NCBI GenBank assembly: GCA_044229975.1
Contig: JBGARZ010000008.1
Location: forward strand, 288,001 to 352,000
Origin: Polyangiales bacterium
GTDB lineage: Bacteria; Myxococcota_A; Polyangia; Polyangiales; Ga0077539
Length of the DNA: 64,000 nt
Direction: 5' to 3'
The notes under the pieces were generated by a model. That model had not been told where the DNA came from, ran no database searches, and saw only the letters and a program-made list of their open reading frames with translations. Of the stretch, positions 58,441-64,000 are shown piece after piece (position 1 is the first letter of the stretch; every line of letters starts with the position of its first letter). Made by a program: the position numbers and the translations under genes.

Positions 58441-59283
58441 CTACACCGGACGACGCGCCCCGCATGCAACCAATGCCGTGACGTCCGCGGTCACCGGGGC
58501 CCACGCCGCGGTGTTGCGATCGCTGTATCGCCACGTCGTCCTGGCACCGACGGCCTCGACCGCGACCGCTCCCACGAGCGACAGGAACCACACCAGCATG
58601 AGGCGGCCATGAACCCGAGCCGTCGTGCGGCGGCGGCGAACGAGCAGATACCCCAGTCGCGGCAGCGCCCAGACGACGAACACGAAGAGCGCCGCGGACA
58701 CCAGCACCACGATGAAGTCGTGCGCCTTCGTGTGCAGGGACGACACGGCCGCGACCGGCAGCGCGGAGGCCAGTCCGACGTGCACCCAGGGCACTTGGTG
58801 CCAGGCCGACGGGCGGCGCGAGGCGCGGTGGTCGATGTCCCGGTAGGGCCCTCGCGGCATCATGGGCGCCACCGGAGGCAGCTTCTCGTCGCGGCTCTCT
58901 TCGGCCCGCCGCACAGAACGGGCGAGCGATCTCGGGACGCCAGACGAGACGCCGAGCAAAGCAAGTACAGAGTGCGTTCTGGTCTCGACGCGTTGCCACC
59001 ACGGCCACTCCAGCCACGGCCTTCGAACATATTCAGGCAACCGCAGGTCGATGACTTCGTTGGTGTGAGGATGGACGATCCGACCGCCGAGGTCTGAGAG
59101 GACCTTCTCTGCGTACGCGACCAGAATCGGGTCAAAAGCCATCGTCACGCGCAGCTCTGTACCCTTGACGATGAACTCGTCCACGTCGGGCCTTGAACCC
59201 GTTTGTCGAATCAAAGCGGCGTCAAACTCCGTTCGGGTGAGAGGCTCACCCTGAAAACGAGCACTGATGAGAAACAACCCCAC
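58441..59283 (-). CDS. Hypothetical protein, possibly a chimera (AT-richer N-half, membrane C-half)
   Basis: GGAGG RBS before GTG 59283; composition shift near 58900; C-half starts MMPRGPYRD and has 3 TM segments. Confidence 0.5.
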   Translation of the reverse strand: MGLFLISARFQGEPLTRTEFDAALIRQTGSRPDVDEFIVKGTELRVTMAFDPILVAYAEKVLSDLGGRIVHPHTNEVIDLRLPEYVRRPWLEWPWWQRVETRTHSVLALLGVSSGVPRSLARSVRRAEESRDEKLPPVAPMMPRGPYRDIDHRASRRPSAWHQVPWVHVGLASALPVAAVSSLHTKAHDFIVVLVSAALFVFVVWALPRLGYLLVRRRRTTARVHGRLMLVWFLSLVGAVAVEAVGARTTWRYSDRNTAAWAPVTADVTALVACGARRPV

Positions 59284-59440
59284 GGTGAGCCTCCATTGGC
59301 GATCGCCGACGATCGCCTCAACAGCCTACACCATGGTGGGTAGGCGCTGCGGTGAGCCCGCGTGTGCCAGCGATCGACGGCGCGTGCGGGATGATCGCGG
59401 GCACGCTCCCCGGCGTCCACGTCTCACACCGTCTCTGCGA

Positions 59441-59899
59441 TCAGAACGTCCCTGCCAGACCCGCCATGGCCCCACCGGGAGAGACCGCGAGCGTGGGAAA
59501 CCATCGGGCCCCGCTGCGCGCCTCCGACGGGATCTGCTCTCGCGCGAGCAGCGCGATGTCGAGGGACATCGCCGCGACGGTGAGGACGCTCCCACCGATG
59601 ACGATGCCCACCAGGGCTCCGCCGCTCTCCGCGTTCGTGGCCGCCAACGCGGTCAGCGCAGGAACGACGAGGCGGACCCCGAGTGACAGGAAGCCGACGC
59701 CTATGCGGCGATGCGACCAGTGCACGATGGGTCCTCCGAACGCGAGCACCGTCCCCGCCCCGATGCCGATGATCGCCCCGGTATCGACGGTGCTCCGGCG
59801 CGAGAGAAGGCCGAGCGACAGCCCACCGAGCGCGAGGGCCGCGACGTCCGGAATGAGGACCTGCCAGCCGTACCAGCGCGTGGGCGAGACACGCAGGGG
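59441..59899 (-). pseudogene. 5'-truncated WYGWQ-motif membrane protein
   Basis: Frame reads ..SPTRWYGWQVLIPD..GGPIVHWSH..GLAGTF*, but there is no start codon between the upstream in-frame stop and the motif. Confidence 0.55.
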
Positions 59900-59928
59900 A
59901 TGGCGACAGGGCTACACTCGCTGGCGCG

Positions 59929-60745
59929 ATGGACTTCGTCTCCGCCTCCTACACGCGGGCGGTTCTTGAGCTCCTCGACCGCATCGCGCGCTCCCTCCCG
60001 GTGCTGGCCGAGCCTGTCGTCGCCATCGTCGTGGGAGGGACGGCGGTGCACTTCTACTCGCCCCTTCGGGTATCGAGCGATGTCGACGCCATCTTCTCCC
60101 ACCGCCTGCTTTTGCCGCCCGATCTCGTGCTCCGGTGGACCGACGATGACGGCTCGTCTCGGACCCTCGTCTACGACCCCGGGGTTCTTCCGCGACCTGG
60201 CGTTGATCCACCCCGACTACGAGCAGGATGCAGTCGACCTCGACAGCGTGCTCTCGGATCGGCTGAGGGTGCGCGTGCTCTCGCCGGTCGACCTCGCCCT
60301 GAGCAAGCTCGCGCGCTGGGGTGCCCGCGACCAGTCCGATGTCGAAACCCTGGCACGAGCGGGGTTGCTCTCCGCGGATGCCTTGCGTGCGCGGGCCGAC
60401 GAGGCGCTGCGCCAGCTCTGCACGGGGGAGCCGTGGGCGCTCGACCGGCGCACCGAACACCTGCTGACCGTCGTCGCCGACGCCACGGCAACGGACTGGC
60501 GGCCCGCGTTGGGCGGAGTCCCAGCGACGGCGTGGGCGCGAGCGGGCTACCTGCTCACGGTGTTGTGCGACGGGCTCGACCGCGGACGTCGCGGGCGCTG
60601 GTCGTCGTGGCTGGCTGAGTTGCGACGCGGGGTGCCGTGCGAAACCAGGGCGGAGATCGGGGACGACGTCGCGCGAGAGTGGGGGCTCGATGGTGGACTG
60701 GATGTGCTGCGCATCCGTCGGGTGCTTCGCCTGCGATTGGTGTGA
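59929..60745 (+). pseudogene. DUF6036-like nucleotidyltransferase interrupted by a +1 frameshift
   Basis: VVGGTAVHFY..RVSSDVDA in frame 1; LSPVDLALSKLARW..RDQSDV in the +1 frame; switch at CCCCGGGG (60177-60184). Confidence 0.72.
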
Positions 60746-60769
60746 TCCGTCCGGGCGGACGGCGGTCCG

Positions 60770-60918
60770 TCACCCCCGCCCCGCGAGCTCCACCAGCGGC
60801 CGGAGCAGCGCCTCCCCCCTCGCCCGCTCCGTGTCCATGAACACCACCAGGTGATCCTGCGCCCGGCTCGTCGCCACATGCAGCAGGTGCGGCCGCGCCG
60901 CCAATCACCTCAGGTGCC
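60770..60918 (-). repeat. 149-bp direct-repeat copy of the 3' end of the SF1 helicase gene (partner 62382-62530)
   Basis: 5 mismatches in 149 bp; this copy has TGG>TGA (Trp to stop). Confidence 0.92.
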
Positions 60919-61027
60919 CCACGTCGTGTCGGAAACGTGGCGCACCTTGGCGATGGCGCCGTCAGAACAATGACATTTCCAATACTTACAGCGCACCGTA
61001 GCGTGCTCGATCAGGAGGGTTTCATCG

Positions 61028-61732
61028 ATGCGACAGATCCCGATCGGCAATTCGTTGCTCACGTTTCTGGATGAGTTGGAGTTCACGGAGGCGGCGCTGC
61101 GGGCTGAACCGCTCGCGGCGGAGTTCGCGGCCGTCTTCGAAGAGGAGATCGGCGGTTGGAGTGATGTGTTCCAGCGCGAGCGGACGGCGCGGCGGGAGAT
61201 CACGCGCGCCGATGCGCTCGTCGCCATCCGCAACGGGCAGATCGACGCCACCACGCTGCGCTTCGGCGACCACTGCTTCCTGGAGTCGGGGCGCGATCGG
61301 AAGAGCGCGGCGTTCCGGAAGTTCTTCCCGACGTCGCCGTCGGAGTTCGTGCGCGGGTCACTCCGCAAGCAGGCCGAGCGCACGCGCGACGTGATCGTTC
61401 CGGAGATCGAGAAGCTGCCCGAGGGGTCGCCGCTGCGCGCGTACGCGGCGCCGCTCTCCGAGGGGGCGCGGCTGGCGCTAGCGGCGCTCACGGCGCGCGT
61501 GAAGGCCGAGGGGCAGGCCGCGACGGTGGCCAGCGACGTGCGCGAGTGGAAGGAGGGCGTCAACCGCCTGCGGACGACGACGCACGCCGAGCTGGTGAAG
61601 CTGGCCGTGCAGAACCGACAGCCAAAGTCGTGGGTGGAACTCTTCTTCCGGAGCGCGGCAGTGGCGACGGCGGAGGGCGAGGAGGGGGGCGATCCGGTGG
61701 GGCCGACGCCCGCGCCGGAGCCCACGGGCTGA
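61028..61732 (+). CDS. Hypothetical alpha-helical protein
   Basis: Strong AGGAGG RBS, ATG, 234 aa, normal codon usage. Confidence 0.78.
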   Translation: MRQIPIGNSLLTFLDELEFTEAALRAEPLAAEFAAVFEEEIGGWSDVFQRERTARREITRADALVAIRNGQIDATTLRFGDHCFLESGRDRKSAAFRKFFPTSPSEFVRGSLRKQAERTRDVIVPEIEKLPEGSPLRAYAAPLSEGARLALAALTARVKAEGQAATVASDVREWKEGVNRLRTTTHAELVKLAVQNRQPKSWVELFFRSAAVATAEGEEGGDPVGPTPAPEPTG

Positions 61733-61802
61733 CAAAGCGCCGTGCGGGGCCCGAGCGACGGTTGGGGAGCCGTCGATCGGGCCCGGTCGGAGGGCGGGCG
61801 CG

Positions 61803-61960
61803 AGGTGGTGACGGGTTGAAAGGGCGGGCGCGAAGGCGGGGGGTGGTTGGCGAGAGCGCGAAATGGGGCGCACGGGCGGCGAGCGGCAGGTGGTGACGGG
61901 TTGAAAGGGCGGGCGCAGAGGCCGAGGGGCAGATGGTGAGCGCGCGAAAGGGGGCGCACA
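61803..61960. repeat. Degenerate ~85-bp tandem duplication with an exact 29-bp core
   Basis: AGGTGGTGACGGGTTGAAAGGGCGGGCGC at 61803-61831 and 61888-61916; GAG.GCGCGAAA.GGGGCGCAC repeats at a similar period. Confidence 0.75.
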
Positions 61961-62035
61961 GGGGCTGCGCGGGGGAATGGGAGGGGGCGAGGGGTGTTGG
62001 TTGACCCTCTCCACGCAGGCGAGCACTCTCGCGAC

Positions 62036-62254
62036 GTGGACGACCCGACCGACTCATCAACCAACGAAGGCGCGGCGGAGCCAACCTGGGATCAGCGCAT
62101 CCTCGCGTCGCTCCCGTCGAGCGTCGACCTGGGTCAACTCCGAGAGAACCTCCGACGCACCCCGACGGAGCGCCTCGAACACATGCTGGCGCTGGTCGAG
62201 TTCATCGAGACGCAGGGAGGCCGCGCGCGCGTTCGCCCCCCGTCGCATCGTTGA
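62036..62254 (+). CDS. Small protein with VDLxQLRENLRRTPTERL motif
   Basis: Motif recalled from small ORFs that usually precede nucleotidyltransferase genes; start uncertain. Confidence 0.55.
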   Translation: MDDPTDSSTNEGAAEPTWDQRILASLPSSVDLGQLRENLRRTPTERLEHMLALVEFIETQGGRARVRPPSHR

Positions 62255-62381
62255 GCAGGGTTGAGGAGCACCACTCAGGTCAGCCCGTCAGAACTCCTGC
62301 GGCGAGATCCATCGGAGGTGCACCAACGCGACCTTCTCGCATCGCCCGGCGCGGCCCCCAAGAGCCTCGCCCGCCCCCAAA

Positions 62382-64000
62382 TCACCCCCGCCCCGCGAGC
62401 TCCACCAGCGGCCGGAGCAGCGCCTCCCCCCTCGCCCGCTCGGTGTCCATGAACACCACCAGATGATCCTGCGCCCGGCTCGTCGCCACATGCAGCAGGT
62501 GCGGCCGCGCCGCCAACCATCTCAGATGCCGCCCCTCCGTCGCCGTCACCGAGAACACCACCACCCGCCGCTCTCCCCCCTGGAGCTTGTGCACCGTTCG
62601 CACCAGCACCCCGCCCTCCCCCACCAGCCCCAGCCGCGCCAGCTCGCGCTCGATGCGTACGCTCTGCCCAACGAACGGCGTCAGCGCAGCGATGTCCCGC
62701 GCCTCCACCCCATCGGCCACCAGCGTCGCGACCAGCGACACCACCCGCGCGACCTCCGCCTCGTTGACCACGCCCTCCGCCGCCCGCTCGCCGCGACCGC
62801 GCACCGCCACCACCCGCACCGCGCGCGACAGCTTCGACGACACCGCCGCCAGTGAGCGCGGCGGCGTTCGCACGTCGAGCGAGTACCCGCTCCACGCCGA
62901 GGCCAGCGCCACGATCTCCGGCTGCGAGCGGAAGTGCTCCACCAGCGACCGCGGCGACGCCGCCCGCCGCTCGGCCACCGCCTGCGCCGACGTCACCGCC
63001 GACGCGCCCATGCGGAAGGGCTCCGTCGCCACGTCATCGAGTTCGCGGGCGAGCCGCGCGTCCACCCGGTCGTCGAGCGTGTACACCGGCGGGAGCTGCG
63101 CCACGTCGCCCGTCATCATCGCCCGCCGCGCGCGCGCCAGCGCCGCCACGGTGTACACGGGCGCGCACTGCCCCGCCTCGTCGACCACCAGCCGATCGAT
63201 GACGCCATCATCGAGCGCGATGCACCCGCGCAGCGACAACAACGTGCACCCCACCACCGGGAACAACCCCGCCAGCGACCCCAACACCTCCGTCAGCCCT
63301 TTGCCGCGCGCAGGGAAGCGCTCCTCGGTCACCAGCGACAGCGCCGCCTCCAACCGCGGGAGCAGGGCGTCGCGGTGCGTTCGTGCCCACGCGTCGCGCA
63401 TCGCCAGCGCGGCCTCCACCAGCGCCGCATCGGGCGGCGGTGCGACCTCCTCGGGCACCACCTTCTGCGCGGCCTCGATGGCCCTCTCGACCCGATCGAG
63501 CTCCCGCTGGTGCGCGGGCGCTCGAAGCCCACGCTCGATGTCATCCAGCGTCGCGAGGCACTGCGCCATGTCGGCGTGCTGCGTCGCCAGCGCGTCCGCG
63601 ATGTCTTCGCCTTCGATGAGGTCGCGAAACGGCAGCACCATGCCGAGCTTCCTCAGCAACGGGGCGATCACCTTGCCGCGCTGCACGTTGGCCTTGGCCC
63701 ACTTGCGGCGCGCACGCTCCGCCGACGCATTGGCCCCCTTCAGGTGCGTCGGAACCACCAGCAGCGCCGCTTCCATGTGCGCCCGCAGCGAGCCGCGAAC
63801 ACCGTGCACCTCCGTCGGGAGCATCTCCTCGTCGCAATCCATCAAGGGCTCGCGCAGCTCGTGGCGCAGCTCATCGGCGCGCACCCGGAGCTGGGTGAGT
63901 TCGCGCTGTCGACGCTCCTCCGTGGGGCGGTGGGCCGCCGCAGCGCGGAGGTACTCGCGGACGGGGCGGGAGCGTTCGAGGAAGGCGGCGCGGGCTTCGG
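62382..64000 (-). CDS. SF1 (DNA2/NAM7/Upf1-like, AAA_11/AAA_12) helicase, 5' end outside window
   Basis: VVDEAGQ, GDVAQLPP, LVEHFRS, NEAE, LTPF, TVHKLQGGE, VATSRA; frame open to the window edge. Confidence 0.9.
   Translation of the reverse strand, partial: EARAAFLERSRPVREYLRAAAAHRPTEERRQRELTQLRVRADELRHELREPLMDCDEEMLPTEVHGVRGSLRAHMEAALLVVPTHLKGANASAERARRKWAKANVQRGKVIAPLLRKLGMVLPFRDLIEGEDIADALATQHADMAQCLATLDDIERGLRAPAHQRELDRVERAIEAAQKVVPEEVAPPPDAALVEAALAMRDAWARTHRDALLPRLEAALSLVTEERFPARGKGLTEVLGSLAGLFPVVGCTLLSLRGCIALDDGVIDRLVVDEAGQCAPVYTVAALARARRAMMTGDVAQLPPVYTLDDRVDARLARELDDVATEPFRMGASAVTSAQAVAERRAASPRSLVEHFRSQPEIVALASAWSGYSLDVRTPPRSLAAVSSKLSRAVRVVAVRGRGERAAEGVVNEAEVARVVSLVATLVADGVEARDIAALTPFVGQSVRIERELARLGLVGEGGVLVRTVHKLQGGERRVVVFSVTATEGRHLRWLAARPHLLHVATSRAQDHLVVFMDTERARGEALLRPLVELAGRG

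Noticed and set aside
61803..61960. CRISPR mini-array (29-bp direct repeat)
   Set aside because: Only two copies, the intervening sequences are themselves similar, and there are no cas genes
60770..62530. DGR template/variable repeat pair (a repeat of a gene 3' end)
   Set aside because: The five differences are not adenine-specific on either strand, the target is a helicase motif region, and no reverse transcriptase is present

Overview
High-GC bacterial genomic DNA. The gene repertoire (five giant Cys-rich lipoproteins, a Hanks-type kinase, a myxobacterial-style Uma2 nuclease, ECF sigma/NrsF, XPB-Bax1) points to Myxococcota, probably Polyangiales-like; this is inference, as no marker gene is present. 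About 45 genes: mostly housekeeping, regulatory and surface proteins (MutS2, YcaQ-like glycosylase, KirBac channel, GSTs, LysR, HAMP histidine kinase), with short AT-richer accessory patches, several gene stubs and four distinct intergenic inverted-repeat cassettes. No CRISPR array, rRNA operon, transposase, integrase or reverse transcriptase is visible. Top candidates: (1) an atypical tRNA-Tyr(GTA) followed by a short RF1-like GGQ release factor split by the prfB-type +1 frameshift motif CTT-TGA-C at a non-homologous position (26473-27309); (2) a second degenerate tRNA(CAT)-like element followed by a multi-hairpin RNA (30842-31032); (3) an isolated 23S rRNA helix-69/I-CeuI-site-like sequence with an H71-like hairpin (51463-51505); (4) a Septu/PtuAB-like ATPase+HNH pair whose ATPase has an extra, apparently degenerate nucleoside-phosphorylase-like N-terminus, next to a macrodomain gene; (5) an anti-sigma-like domain fused to an isochorismatase that has lost its catalytic Cys and Lys, upstream of an ECF sigma. 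All family calls come from motif recognition by eye; no database search was run.
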